DNA from: Lama glama | Taxonomy: Eukaryota | NCBI GenBank assembly: GCA_028534125.1 | Contig: CM052833.1 | Span: 19,592,001 to 19,656,000 of the forward strand | Direction of reading: 5' to 3' | Length of the DNA: 64,000 nucleotides | In this document: positions 24,407-37,660 of the stretch, piece after piece | How positions within the stretch are numbered: position 1 is the first letter of the stretch | Layout: the number at the start of each line of letters is the position of its first letter | Notes under the pieces: model-generated | What the model was told of the DNA's origin: nothing | The model's input: only the letters and a program-made list of their open reading frames with translations | Database searches by the model: none | Translations under genes and position numbers: made by a program

Positions 24407-27400
24407 GTAAGTCCCTCCTCGCACCTCAGCGTCCTGATGTCTGACTGTGTTTGGGGGTGGCTAGGAGGCAGGGTCCTGGGAGAGTGGGAAGGATGCTGCT
24501 TGTTAGTTAGTGGGAGAGGCCCTGCATCTTCACGGGGGGACCGTGGTCGTCTTTTAGGGCGGGAAGACGGTGTGTCTGACAGTCGGAGGTTCATTCCGCT
24601 TTCAGAGATGGCAGTTGCACTGTGTTTGGAATTGGCTTTCTGCTTCTTGCCTTAGAAGCACTGATTGATCACAAGGAATAATATATTGGTTCAGTATTCT
24701 TCTTACTGGGTTCCTGGGCTTTTTAGAGTAATTTTAAATAATGACACAAAAGTTTTTAAATAAGGAAAGAAAGGTATGTAGGGAGTCCACAATTAACCAA
24801 GTAGTTACACTGAGAAAGTAGAAAACGTTTATGTGGGACCAGTGCCCGGCTCACCAAGCTCAGGAGTCCAGTGGTGCCGGTGTTCCCCCGGGCCTTTCTG
24901 TTGGAGCAGTGTGCCCCTCCTCACCTCGAGCATCCGTAGTTCGTAGGGCGCTGTGTCTGCTCTTTGAGAAGATGGTTAAGGTGAGATGTGTGCTCTCCTG
25001 GTGTTGAGATCCTGTTTCCTCTGCAGTGGCCTCGGTGGTCGTCAGTGTTGTCCTTCACCCAGCACGCTACCTGGACCCGGGAGAAGGGGCTGCAGTGAGC
25101 CACTCCCACGGAGCCTGCCTGTGGGTCGGGGTCCTGGCCATGGCTCTGCCGGCAGCTCGGTGCCCTTGCCTGTACAGGGCTGCAGGAGTCCTGCTGGCAC
25201 CGCAGTCAGTGAGGCTGAGTCGGGGTCTCAGAAGGAGATCCACGTGAGGGCAGTGTCTGTCCCGGGTCTTCTCTGGGCTGAGCGGCAGCAGCACCTCTGA
25301 GACGGACTCCGGGGAGACTTGGGCCCCGTGCGAGCTCACACGGGCCTGAGGCTCTGTATGAGAAGTAGGGGAGCACCCTGGCCTCTGCCCAGGGGCGGCC
25401 TCTCCTCTCCTCGCCCGCCTCTGCCGCCCTCCTGCGCGCTGAGCCTGTCCCTTCCTGCCTGCCTCCCTTTCTCATCAGTATTTCTTGGACTTTAAAGCTG
25501 ACCTCTAGATGTGTAGAATAAAGTTACAAATATAATCCTTCTTGAAATCGCGGTGTCTCTGTATTGATGTTTTAATTTCCTCTGAACCTGTTCAGAGTAA
25601 GTTTCGGGTCCTGTGTGTCTTTGCCTGAAATTACTTGCATGTGCATTTCCTCAGAAAGATACTCTCTTCCACAACAAGCATTGTCACCAGACCCAGAAGA
25701 CGTCGTGTTGCCACAGTGCTGCTCTCTGCCGCACAGCACGCGTCAGACTCCTGCGGCTGCCCCGGTCTGGCCTGGTCTCGTCTTCCGTAGTACCTGTTCT
25801 TGTTTCCTGGCAGGGGCCCCGTGGATAGTGGCAGGGAGGTGGCGCTGGGAGAAGCCCCGCCGTCATCACTGTCCGGGGCGGGCGGCAGCGCGGCTCCTTT
25901 CTCCGGGACTGGTGGTGCAGAGGGCCCTTCTGAGCCTGGAGACAGTGCCCAGAGAGGTGGAGTAATGCGCGCGGGTCACCCTGCTAGATGACCTTGGGGT
26001 GAGGAACTGTACTCAGGCCGTGGTTTTGTTTTTGCTCTAAGTGTTTGTTTTTTTGTGTCTTTTCCGTGATGTGTTTTGAGTAAGGCAAGGATTTACTCAT
26101 CAGTTTTCAGCGGTTTGTAGGGTTTGGGGTGGAGACCAGACAAACAAGTCTGTTGTCGCTAGGCCCGCAGACGTGAGTGCTCCGAGGGCGCTTGTCTATA
26201 GGACAGGTTTTAATTGATGGAAAGCTGATGATAATCTTGGTTTCATCCTGGACTTTCATGTAGATTCTAAACTGTCACCCAGGAGCCGCAGCACACCAGG
26301 GCGGCTGGCGTTGTTGAGTTCCTTCGGGTCTCCTCTGCTGACAGACTGGGTGCTGAGTTCTGGCCTGACTGTGCGCTGTTGGCACAACTCGGGGGTCGGT
26401 CCTCGAGGGACCCAGTGGACGTGGGGGCCTCTGCTGCTGCTGGCCTTCCCTGCTGAGAGCCTGAGACCCCAGAATCCCCGCTGGAGCTGGCGTCAGCACG
26501 CGGGGCACCTCCACGCGCCTTCAGCGCTGCAGCAGGGTGGGTAGGGTAGGCGCGCACGCCGCATGTTGTGCTGCCCCCAGGCAGGGTGGGTGGGGGCTCC
26601 CCTCGCGGGCTCTGCCTGCCTCAGTCAAGGCCGTAGTAGAGACTGCTCACCGCAGACCAGGCTGTTCTGCACAGCAGCATGTGTTCTTTCGACAGAGCTC
26701 CCCACCCCTTTTCCAGCTTAGAAAAGAAAAAAGTATCCATGGCGTAAGAGTTACAGGTTTGTGTGAAAATGACCCAAGATGGCATCTAATCTCGATGAGG
26801 GGAGGGGGAGTCAGGGGTCATTGTGGCCGCTTCCCGGCACTCTGTGGGGTGAGCCTTGGTGAGCCTTGGAGGGGCACATGCCGCCCCCTCCCCACCATCC
26901 TGCCAGGGGCCCCTCCCCACCTGCCCGCCCCTTGATCTGTACCTTTGTTTCTCCAGGATGGCTTTCTGATCAGTTAAAATCTCACAGGTCTTGAAAGGCA
27001 GTGTTGCCTTTTCAGATAAACAGAGGGAGGGAGTTTCAGTAAACCTTGGGTGGGCTCCACTTCCTCCCGCTGTGACACTAAATTTACGTGGATAAAAACA
27101 GCCTCTCAGATTTACATTTTGATTCTGTTACTGCTTTCGTGTGTAGGGAGCTGTCCCACTTGAGATGAAATTTACCCACTTCTTGAAACATTTAGTAGTC
27201 TAGCATGGATGTTAATGAAAGTCTGGCAGTGCTATTTTGAGAGTTGCAACAGTGATAGTGATTTTCGGCGTCAGGTTCCTGCTTTGCAAAGGGAGAGTGG
27301 ACGGGAGGAGGAGGGGGGAGACCGTTTCAGTCCTAATAGAGTCTGCCATCCACTGGGCCTGCCAGACAGATGGGTCATGAATACTGTCTAGACAGTCCCT

Positions 27401-29609
27401 GCCCGAGCAGAGCCCTGGCCCCCGAGGACACACACGAGACGCGGCTTGAGTAGCCAGGAGGGTCTGGGCAAGCACTCCCGCCATCAGACAGAAATCGATG
27501 CCCACCTGCTTCCTGGGGGAGGCTGGATGCAGGGGTGGGCTCTGTATCTGATGAGTTTTCCTGCAAATGTGATGCTAGGCTTTAGGGAGGAGTGAGGGAG
27601 AGGTGTGTTGATGGTGCTGTTGCTGTGAGGATGCGGGCGTGTCATTCGGAGAAGAGGCGTGTCCTCGAGGTGGTTGCTGACTGGGAGCCCGGGCCGCCTT
27701 GAGCACCGCCCAGTGGGTTCTGCCGGTGCTGCCGTGGCCAAGGCAGAGACCGTTCGTCCCGACTGCTTGTTCCTGGTTCAGCCTTTGCTTAGGACGGGGT
27801 TGGAGAGACTGCCCTGGCTGGCTGTCTTTTCGTGTGAACCTCCAAGGACTGGCCCAGGCTGGTCTCCTCACCTGCATCGTGGTGGTGCCGCGGGAGACGA
27901 GGAGGAAGCTCGCAGGGGGCGTCCTGGTGCTCATTTCACCCGTGTTCCTCAGTGCCCGGGGTGCGATTATGGAATCAGCAGCAGGTCCCTGCTTGTGCAG
28001 ACTCACAGTCTCAGTGCGTGTGTGTCTGTGTGCGTGGGGTACTCTTAGGGTGAAGTTATGGTGGGGGGGCCCCACCCGGACCAGCAGACTCAGCTCAGCC
28101 GGGCCGGCCTCCTTGCTGGCCTTGTCAGTAGCCTTGTATTTGGCCCCGAAGGTCTGCAGCACAGCTGGGAGGGGACCGTCCTCCAGTAACTGCAGCAGTA
28201 AGGCTGACGTTCAGCCATCGCAGGGCTGTGCATGCTGCAGAGGTGGAGGGACCCCCGCGGGCCGGGCCTCCTGAGGAGTTAACGGCTGGCTGCCGAGCCC
28301 TCGTAGTTCCGTCTCACTGGAGATGCCAACCAGGGCTTTTAATTTGGGAAAAAACTCCCAACAACCTGAATTTAGCAGTCATCGCTTGTTATATCCTAAG
28401 AGCTAACGGCAGAGGGAAAGCAGATGGTCGTTGCCTCTGCCTTCCCAGAAGGAAAAGGAAGTCAAAGATGAAAACTCTTCTCAGGGTGCACAGTCCCCAC
28501 GGAAGGAAGAGACCATGTGTCTGAGAGCTGGGCCTCCTCCCAGAATGCTTTTCTCGGAAGTACCTTCCGGGTCGTCCGGAGGGCATAGCGGGCCTTCAGG
28601 AAGGTGTCTTCCTTCCCCGAACTCTGCCCGCTGTCCCCATCCGACTGTGACACGTGGGGTGGACGCTCACCCACTTTGGATAGACTGCAGGGGGTGCCCC
28701 TCGCAGCATCAGGGTGCTATGCCCACTTACCCCGACAGCTCTGGGCGTCTGGGGAAGCCCCGACACCTCTTGGTTCTGTTCTCCTGTTGTCAGAGGAGCA
28801 GGACATCCTCTATGTCATCAGGCTCCCGCGATTTCCCAGGCTGACCTGTGGGCGTGCGCGTGCCTCGGCTGCAGCAGTGCCCTGCGGTCCCCTCTTGGCG
28901 AGGAGGCCCCACCCTCACGTGGGCACACCTGTTCTTGAAGGGACACCGGGGCACGCTGCCTCTCACCTTTCTGTCTCTTCAGTGGGGTTCTGGGCTTCCT
29001 TCATTTCATTGCTCTAGAAAGTGGGAGACAAAGGAACTTGAGCTAAACCTCTGGCCCCTTCCCCTACGGTCTTGGGAGCCTGTCCACATTGGACGTGGAG
29101 GGAGGGGGATGAGCCAGGCCAGGTCAGTTACATACCTTCTGTGGCTTGATTCAGCTCTGTGTCTGTGACTTGACATAGTGTCCACAGAGGGACAACCAGG
29201 GAAAATGCCCCCCTTCCTGTTATGTGTGCTTGGAAAACAGAAATGTCGGGTGTTCTCTGCTCCTAGGGGAGGGGGCTTGGTGTGAACTCAAGTTCCTGAA
29301 TGCCAGTCTGACCTTAAAAGAGGGAGAGGGCCTCCGTCGCAGATGTACCAGGGCACCTACAGCCCGACGTGTCCGCAGGAGCCGTGTTTGTTCTAATGTT
29401 GGGACATTTTAACCTGGAAATGACAGGGCTGATGGCCAGTGTAGTAGCTCCTTCCAGAAAAACGAGGTACCAGGACTGGTCAGTTTTCAGTTGTTGGAAG
29501 AAGATGTCTGGATAGGAGGCTGGAGAGCACTCTGGGGCAGATGTGCTTAGCTTGCTTACTTGTGGGGACGGGGGCCCTGAATGGCAACAGCACATCCCTC
29601 TGGGGCGTA

Positions 29610-30100
29610 TTTCACAGAGCATTTCATGAGTGTTGAGAGTGTGAGGGGCACAGGGCCAGAGAACCCAGGGGGTGGGAGGTGGGTGGGCGCAGGTAGACAG
29701 GATGTGGTCCCTGTCGGGTGTTGAGCCAGGGCCCTGAGAAGATCTGTAGAGATTAGGCGGGTTCCCTGGTGCCAGAGTTTGGGACTGCAGACAGTGTCTT
29801 CCAGCAGGTGCTCAAGGCAGGCCTCACTGTGGGAGGGGGTCCTGGGGAGCGCCCTCTCCTGAGCAGCCTGGCAGGAGGGCCGGGAGCACATGGGGGAACA
29901 GCTGAGTGGAGGGGTCGTGATGGGCTAGCTCGCTTGGAGGCAAGGCCTGGTTGTGAGGAGCAGCCCTGGACAGGTAGACTGGGATTGCCAAGAGCCAGGG
30001 GTGCCTGGCCTGATGTTTCTATTCTCTATCCCAGAAGAAGTCATGGAAGGTTTCTGAGTAAGAGAGCGAGACTGTGGCATAGAACAGTTACGTTGTGAGA
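29610..30100 (-). mobile_element. Degenerate L2 region
   Basis: Scattered L2-like motifs (AGGCCTCACTGTGGGAGGGG, GAAGTCATGGAAGGTTTCTGAGTAAGAGAG). Boundaries are uncertain. Confidence 0.4.
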
Positions 30101-30200
30101 TCCTCAGAGACCACCCAGCTCTGAACTCTGCTTTCTAGGCGGGGACCTAAACCCAGAGAGTGAAGTGACTTGTCAGGGTCCCAGGAGTCATCCTTGGCAG
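30095..30200 (-). mobile_element. MIR fragment
   Basis: CCCAGAGAGTGAAGTGACTTGTCAGGGTCCCA resembles the reverse-complemented MIR core. Confidence 0.5.
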
Positions 30201-30899
30201 GTCCCTGGCGTGGACGCTTCCTGTCTCTTTAGGGCAGTTTCCTCTCCACTGCATGATGTCCCCATGCTGACTGTCAGGGTGGGAAGTGACGGGGAAAGGC
30301 AGGGACCAGAGGAGGAGTCACAGGAAGGAACCTTCTCTGCAGGGTCGGTGGCCTCAAGGTGAACTCGCTGTCACCACGTGAGACAGTCAGAAAGGTGACA
30401 GGGATGCTTTGCACAGGCTTTGGAGAGTCTTATGCACCCATAATTGTTAAGATTATGTTTAAATAAAAAAAGGCACCTGAAAGCACGTCAGGAGAGGGAT
30501 GGAGAGGCCTGGAGGGGCTCCCTGCTGAGGTGGGGAGTGTGGTCATCCCAGCACAGAGAGGAGAGGCTGGGCTGAGGTGCAGACCCCCTACCCCCCACCT
30601 GCCAGGTCCTGACGCAAGCACGCAGGCGCCGTCCTGGGCTGCGTGGGAGTGAGCTCGCCTGCTTGGGGAGTGGCCTGGCTGAAGACGTGCAGACCAGGAG
30701 AGGGTCTCCGAGGAGACCCTCAGCCGTGGCTGCTTCTGGACATGCTCAGACCCGGGAGCAAGGTTTCTGCAGCTGAGGCTGAGGTTGGACACCCAGCTTG
30801 TGCCCCAGCAGGGGCGTGATTTCTTAGGGGACATGAAGGGACGAGCCGAGCCATCCCTGCCTCCCCCCCCCCGGTGCAGCCTGGTTTTGTCCTGACATC

Positions 30900-31050
30900 A
30901 TCATTCATTCCTTCATTTGGCAGATACTTGCTAAATGCCTGCCCTGTGCCTGGTGGAGCCTGTGCAGAGCCTGGGAGGGCAAAGCACCCCCGCCTGGAGG
31001 GTCAGGAGAGGCTTCCCTGAGGAAGTGATGTGGAGCTGTGGCCTGAGCGT
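30900..31050 (-). mobile_element. L2 3'-end fragment
   Basis: TCATTCATTCCTTCATTTGGCAGATACTTGCTAAATGCCTGCCCTGTGCCTGG..AGGCTTCCCTGAGGAAGTGATG. Confidence 0.7.
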
Positions 31051-34000
31051 GGCCTTTGCGGGTCTGCAGGGGAGGGGAGAGCGCGGGGTGATGTGCAGGG
31101 AGTGCCTGCAGGGGAGGGCCTGCTGCCCAGGCGAGGAAGGCCGGTTCCCAGGGAGGGGTCCAGGGAGGGGAGGGGGCTGCCGTGGCTGCAGGAAGGGAAG
31201 GTGGGAGTGGTGGACACCGAGCTCCAGGAGGAGGACCGGGGCCTGCAGGAGGGGGCGGGACGGGGTGCTGCGGAGGGGGCCCTGCGATCCCCAGCTCACA
31301 TTGCCGCAGGCTGGTGAGGCTTTGCAGGGGGCAGCCCAGGCTGCTGCTACCGCACCATTGTCTCGTCCAGACACCAAACACAGGTTCCTGTGGGGCACGT
31401 GGTTGTGAGCGAGCTCTTCTCCCTGCAGGGATCCCCGCTCACAGTGGGCCGCTGGCGGGGGCGCACCTGCAAGTCTTCGGAGGTCTTCATTCTCCCCACC
31501 TCCACCTGGAAATGAGTAGAAGCAGAGCGCCAGCTTGCCCAGGGCTGGAGTATGGGGCGCCCTTGGGGCCTGGGGCCTGTGCTGACCGTGAGGCGGTGCC
31601 GTCAGAGTCGGGGGTTCGATTATTTGAAATGACAGCAGGTTAACTACATCAAAATTAAACATGTTTTCACTTCGTGTATCCTTTTGTGAGATTTTCACTT
31701 CAAAATATTACAATCCAGGTTAAAAATTTCCATGGTTGGGTTCAGTTTCTGAAAACCATGACTTCTGATACGTGTGCTTTTCTATATGCGTGTCACACTT
31801 AAAACAATTTAAAAAATGACAGCCCCATACCCTCTTATGCCTTACCTCGTCTTACGGTTTGTTCAAGTCTCTAGGGGAAGTTTTCTGTGTTTTCCAGAAA
31901 GGAAAAAGAGGAATGTTTAAAGTGAAAAGAGAACTTTCCGCCCTCTGCTGATAGGTGTGGCCTTGGTCCCAAAGGGTGTTGGCCCCTGGCTGGACTGTCC
32001 TCAGAGCCCATGCATGTGGGGGAGGGGGGCCTACGTGCGGGGACCACCAGGTGTGCCGACGTCTGTTCCGTGTGCTGTGAGGGTGGGGGGTGCTTCCCTC
32101 CTGCACCTGAACACACTCGTCCAGTGAAGGACATGAAATGGTGTGTTTACTGCCGAGCAGTTGCCAGGTGTTGTCTGTGCCAGACAGGATTGCCACCCTG
32201 ACTCGAGGGAAGGCTGGGTTCCTGTTCAGAAGCACATCTCTGTTGTAGACGTGTCACAACGTGGAAATGTGGACACTTTAGGAGTAATGGAAACCCTTTC
32301 TTTATGGAGGATGGTTTGATCTTTAAAAAAAAAAAATTTAGGAACCACTGTGCACATGGTCTTAGCAACTGCCTGGCCAGATGGCCCAGACCAAGCCGTT
32401 TCCCCTCGCTTGCTCGGTGCATCAAGCAGTGGCCTCCTTGCTCCCCTCCCTGCATGACGTAGGAGTCAGAGGCGGATGCAGAGGGAGAGAGTCCATCCCA
32501 GGTGCTCGGCCCTGTGAGTCACGCCAGCACCGCCCTTGCGAGCCTTGAGGGAAGACTTGGCCTCGGCCTCATGCTTTCCTGCCCTCACCCCCCTACCAAT
32601 GATGCAGCTCTCTGGTGAGCGGAGCTCAGTTGGTGACAGTCTGTGCCTCGAGGGTGGTCCTCCGTGAACCCGGTGAGGTTGGACACTCAGGTGCTGACTC
32701 CTGGAGCAACAGTCCTGTCTTGTTCATGGAGTAAGGCCTGATGTCAGAGGCCTCATCCAGTAGCACATAGGAGTGTGTAACTGAGCGCTCTGGAGCGGTT
32801 CTGTAACTGCCCCTGTGGGATGATCTGCTGCAGCGTGAGCGTGTGTTGTTGGTGTCACCACGGACAGCGCTTCCAGAGCAGCCCTGCTGCCCATCATTTG
32901 TGAGGCCCTGAAAACAGGTCCTCAAAAATGGATGGTGCAGCAAACTTAGAAATGTTTTTTAGAAGGGAGGAGAAACCTGGCAGTCCACCACATTTCCAGA
33001 TACTCCAGCTCCCCAGGCAGCTTGAAGCAGGCACCAGGCACCTTGCCTCTCCCTGAGAGAAGTGCAGGCAGCCCGGCGTTTTGGGTAGTGGTCCCAGGAG
33101 AGGCGGCTGCAGCCTGGACTCTGTTGGTGGGGGTTGCAGGAGGTCGGTGCTGCCCCTGCCTGGTCAGGGAGCTGGATGTGCGAGTGGGAGGCTGTCTCTT
33201 CTCCCCCCACACCTGCCGACGTGGTTCCCATCTTCAGTCTCACACAGGCAGGATGGCCAGGTATTAATATTAACGCAGTAAAGCTGGCGGTGGTGGCGGC
33301 AGGCGAATGTGGTCTCCCGTGGTAGAAATATTTACCCGACATGTCCTGCCAGTGGGAAGGGTTTTGGCAGCAGACCTAGACGTTACCTCATGCGCCTGGG
33401 CAGACAGCCGGTTCGATGCTCAGCAGGTCTGCAGAGTGAGGAGTGGCGTGGGCCTGCCTGGCCGGCCCCGTGGCCGGGGCCCTGACTGGGAGCCGTGTCT
33501 CTGAGCCTGTCTTTTTGTCTGCCTTGGTCTCTCCCTCATTCCTTTCTCTCTCTCTCCGGCCCTCCAGAGTGTTGTCATTGTCTTCAGACGGCTGTGTTTT
33601 TGTATCTTGAAGGGCACATTGTGAAAAGGTCTGCCAGCTGGTGGGCAGGTGTTAACACACGCAGACCTGGAAAAGGAGTTGAGAGGGGAAGTGCAGAGTG
33701 TGCCCGCGAGCAGACGTCCCCACTCTCAGGCACACGTGGCTTCTCACTCTGTGACAGTCAGGGACCAGTGAATGACACAGGCTTCTTGTTTCATTTTGGT
33801 TTGTTTTCATTCATGATAAGCACAAGGCCCATTCTAGGAGGAAGGAGGTTTTATTTCAAGATTTTTAGCAACAAAATAATATTTTGAAACATTTGAAAGT
33901 GTACTAATTATGTGTTTTTGGTAATTCTGCCCCAAGGAAACGTAACGCTTCACATCCTTTTATTTCACTGGCCTCAAATCTCTTGAAAATTAGTGCAGAA

Positions 34001-34559
34001 GTTCTGGGTCAGCACAATAGAAAAATCTGGATTAGAAAGTAAAATCTTTGGATAATACTGAAAACATTGAGAACGCTTTGAACCGTCACTAAAGTACCAA
34101 ATACTCATTTTGTCCGCTTTCTAGATAAATAAATAGGGTATGGAAACCGCTCCATCTGCTCCAGGGACCAGCTTGCTTTTTGTTTTCTTTGAATCTTGAC
34201 CCAGTTTCATTTCACGTAGGTTTTGCACGCCTACTAAGTGGCATAGTTTTATCAGTTGGTGTCACATCTCCTGAAATTCCTTCTTAGAGCTAAATAGCCT
34301 CTCTGTTGGCCCTGATTGTTAACAAGCTCTTAGGACTGTGTCAAAGTGCATTTTGAGACAATTTTCTTCTAAAATGCTCTTAACTTGGATTTAAGTAATA
34401 CTAATGTATTTGCACACCCACAACTGAATGCTAAATATTGGCCTGAGTATTACCAAATCTTTGGATACCAAGTTCATTCCAGCCATCAAATCATTAAAAA
34501 ATTGTTAGCACTGTAAGTGCTAAGCTCACAGATACACAGTATGGCTGCCTGGTAAATTC

Positions 34560-34655
34560 TTTTTTTTTTAATTTTTACTTTCTGTTTTTTATTGACGTAT
34601 AGTCGGGTTACTGTATAGTGTCAGTGTCTGGTGTGCAGCATGCTTCGGTCACGTG
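34560..34655 (-). mobile_element. Short L1 3' terminus (antisense)
   Basis: A poly(T) tract followed by TTTATTGACGTATAGTCGG..AGTGTCAGTGTCTGGTGTGCAGCAT, the reverse complement of an L1 3' end with its polyA signal. Confidence 0.7.
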
Positions 34656-37221
34656 TAGGTAAGCAGCAAGTGTCCACTGTGCAGCACAGGGAATGGCATT
34701 CTCATCTTGTGCTAAATTCTTACTTCCTTACTGGCTTTTTATGGAAGGCAAACACGCAGGGGAGAAGACGAGGACACTTCTGCCGGGGGCGGAGGGAGCC
34801 AGGCTCTGCGGCCCAGGCCCCTCGTGCTGTCAGCCGGCCTGGGCCGCGACTGATGAAGCCCCCACGCTTGACACCAGGCGGGGCTGCCCATGGGGCAGTT
34901 GCTGGGGCTGAGCCTGTGCAGGTGACCTGCCTGTTTCGGCGGCTCTGGCTTCCCCGCGTCCTTGGAGAGCCCCGCGGTCAGGGAGCACCACTGGGCTGGG
35001 CATCGTCCCACAGGCTGAGCTATGTTCCCGTCAGACACATGGGGCCGCGTGGGGACCCCGCTCCCAGACGGTGGTCGTGGTCTGTGGGCACAGCAGTTAT
35101 CTGTTGTCCCGGGAAGAATTTGGGGGAAGAAATGCTCGCGAGTGAAGGGCACGGCGGAATTTGCTGTGTTAGTCAGGACCATTGCTCATGTTGACACGGG
35201 CCTGAGGGGCCCAGGGTGTCATGGGAGATTTTAAGTTTGGACTGTGCGTGAATCCAGTCTCTTGGGTTCACCTGTGGCCACTTTGAAATGATGGTGTGAT
35301 GGATGTTTACAGTTTATATACTGGAAAGTGGAGGTTGATAACACGGGAGGTTCTTTAAAGCAAGGTTTGCTGCATGTGTTCTTCCTCAGTTATGTGGAAG
35401 CTGGCCCAAGGCACTGTCACAGATGGTGTCGCTGGGAGCCGCAGAGCTCTGGGCTCCAGCCCCACTTCTGTCCTGTGTGGCCTCTTCTCTGCAGGCAGTT
35501 GGCTGAAGTGTCCTGCGACAGAGGCTCCACGTGGGCTCCCTCTTGAGGGAGAACGCCTTCAGGACTCTATGTGGGGACTGAGACTCTTTGAGGTCTGTAT
35601 TTTCCTGCTTTGATTATCAGTCTAGGGCACAGCCACGGAGCAGAAAGAGGGGAGGTCAGAGGACTTCCTGGCTGTGGAGGAGACTCTGGGTTCAGTCTAA
35701 GCTGCTCAGTATACCCGAAGGACCGCAGGCGGTAGGCGGGTGTGCTTGGGGCCCAGACGCTGAGCCCGCATGTTGTGAGTGAGGCCTGCTGTCAAGTGGA
35801 TTTTGTTTTGTCCTGGGGCCTTGCACACTGCACATCAGCAGGAGATGAGAAAGGGCAGGCCGTGCAGAAGGAAGACTGTCCGGCGTCTTTAAGTGAGCAG
35901 TGGTGTCCTTGAGGCGAGGAAGCCTTGCACGAGGCACACCTGTCTTCAGCGAGAGGCTGGGTGTGAGCTGTGGTCTGGCTGTTGGTTTGCCATCCAGGGC
36001 CCGCGTTCCCACAGAGATACCCGTTACTTGTGGTGGCTGATTGTGACGGGTTCTTGTTGGGAAACTCCATCCTCGTAAGAGGCGCCGTCCTTCTGCCAGA
36101 GCACGGCTGGCTGTGTAGGGCAGCTCTGCCACGTGGCTGGACGAATCACTTCGTGCCTGTCCCGCAGGGCCAGTGTGACAGCACAGCCCCTGGCCCGGTG
36201 GCTGCTTCTGAGTAAAGCAGTGTAATGATGTGTCTCAGTCCCCTTGGGTGGCAGGAGCTGCCACGCACTGCCCGCGTCTCCCCTTGCCCGAGCAGTTCCC
36301 TCCTCCGTGCGGGTGGGCGGCCTTTGCTTGGGGTCCGCTTGCCTGCTGCTCCTGCAGTCTGTTTGGGGGTTAAATTGGGCAGACAGAGGGGTCTTCTCTG
36401 TGTTGGAGGGTCAGGAATTTGGCCCTGACCCTAACCAGAGAAACACGCTGGGTGGTGTCACCGCAGGGCTCCCCCCTCACAGTCCGCAGGTCAGTCCTCT
36501 GGGGAAGTGTTTCCTCACCAGAAGGTCCCGGAATTCATGTGGTGTATTTTCTTCATCCAGACTCTTCCGAGACCCTGCCACCTTGTAGCTGCCGGCTCAG
36601 TGCAGGCTTCCTGTGGGTGGGCGGCTTTTCTCCTTTGCGAACCTCTTTTCTATTAAGTGGTTAAGACGTAATTAAATTACGATCTTCCTTCCCTTCTTTC
36701 ACTGGGGAAAGTTCAAACGTGAGGAGCCTCCGATGTTCCCTGGGGCTGCGGGGGGGCCGGGCCCCCATTGCTGGAAGAGTGGCCCAGGGGTGGGCCCGGC
36801 CCCCGCACCCCCGCCGTCCTGCCCGGGAGGGAGCGTGCAGCGCCCTGTCTGAGCCGCAGTAGCTTCCCTGCCAAGTGGAAAATGCCAGGGTCCCCGGAGC
36901 TGTGCTGGGCTGTGATTTCACTGCAGCACCTGAGAGGTCATTTATGAAACACCTGTCAGACCAAGTGAGGGCAGAAGGTTCTCACCTGTCCTTTTAAGCT
37001 GGCAGCGTTTCAGGGAGTTTACTTGTCTGGCTGATGGAGATTCGGATTGAACGCCAGAGCTTGGAGAAATGACAGACAGAGGATTCTGAGCAGAAAGTAG
37101 CGAAGGCTTTCCAGCTATAAGGCCCCTAACGTGTCTCTCTGGACAAGTGCCGGCAGCGGGGGTGACAGAGGATGGGTGGGCCGTCCCAGAGACACCTGCT
37201 CCAGGCACAGATTACGGTGTA

Positions 37222-37428
37222 CGGTTAACCCTTGGACAGTGCGGGGTTGGGGCGCCGACCTTGCACGCGGTCAGAAGTCCATGTGTGACTTAGAGCCGGC
37301 CCTCAGCGTCCAAGGCTCTGCGTCCGTGGACTCAGGCAGCCGCCTCTGTGGTCGCGTGTGTTTGCTGCGGAAAGCGCGTGTGTAGGTGGCCCACGCTCTC
37401 CACACCGTGTCACTCAGGGGGCCACCTG
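37222..37428. mobile_element. Tigger2-type non-autonomous DNA transposon (Tigger2a-like MITE)
   Basis: Degenerate terminal inverted repeats CGGTTAACCCTTGGACA and TCAGGGGGCCACCTG (consensus CAGTTGACCCTTGAACA), with TA on the left and TG on the right. Internal GGGGCGCCGACC..CGGCCCTC..CGTGGACTCA motifs are present. Confidence 0.75.
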
Positions 37429-37494
37429 TGAGCTGCATGTATTCCCACTCTGTGACGCGGACCCACCTGTTCCCACAGACTCCAGGGTATCCGT

Positions 37495-37660
37495 GGTCAC
37501 TGAGTACGTGCCCTTGAAAGGGTTAACTTCGTTTCTTTTAACCTCAGTTTCCTGATCTGTACGTGGAGATAATGAACTGACTTCATGGAAATGCTGTGGG
37601 AGCTAACTGAGTAAATCCCCTGGCACGGTGTCCATTGTGTGATGGGCACTCAGCAAGTAG
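37495..37660 (+). mobile_element. MIR SINE
   Basis: TTAACTTC..AACCTCAGTTTCCTGATCTGTACGTGGAGATAATGA..GCTGTGGGAGCTAACTGAG..GGCACTCAGCAAGT. Confidence 0.8.

Noticed and set aside
34541-34560. ATGGCTGCCTG|GTAAAT as a possible 'MAA' alternative first exon
   Set aside because: The donor would be phase 2, incompatible with the phase-1 TM exon, and it abuts an L1 poly(T) tail.
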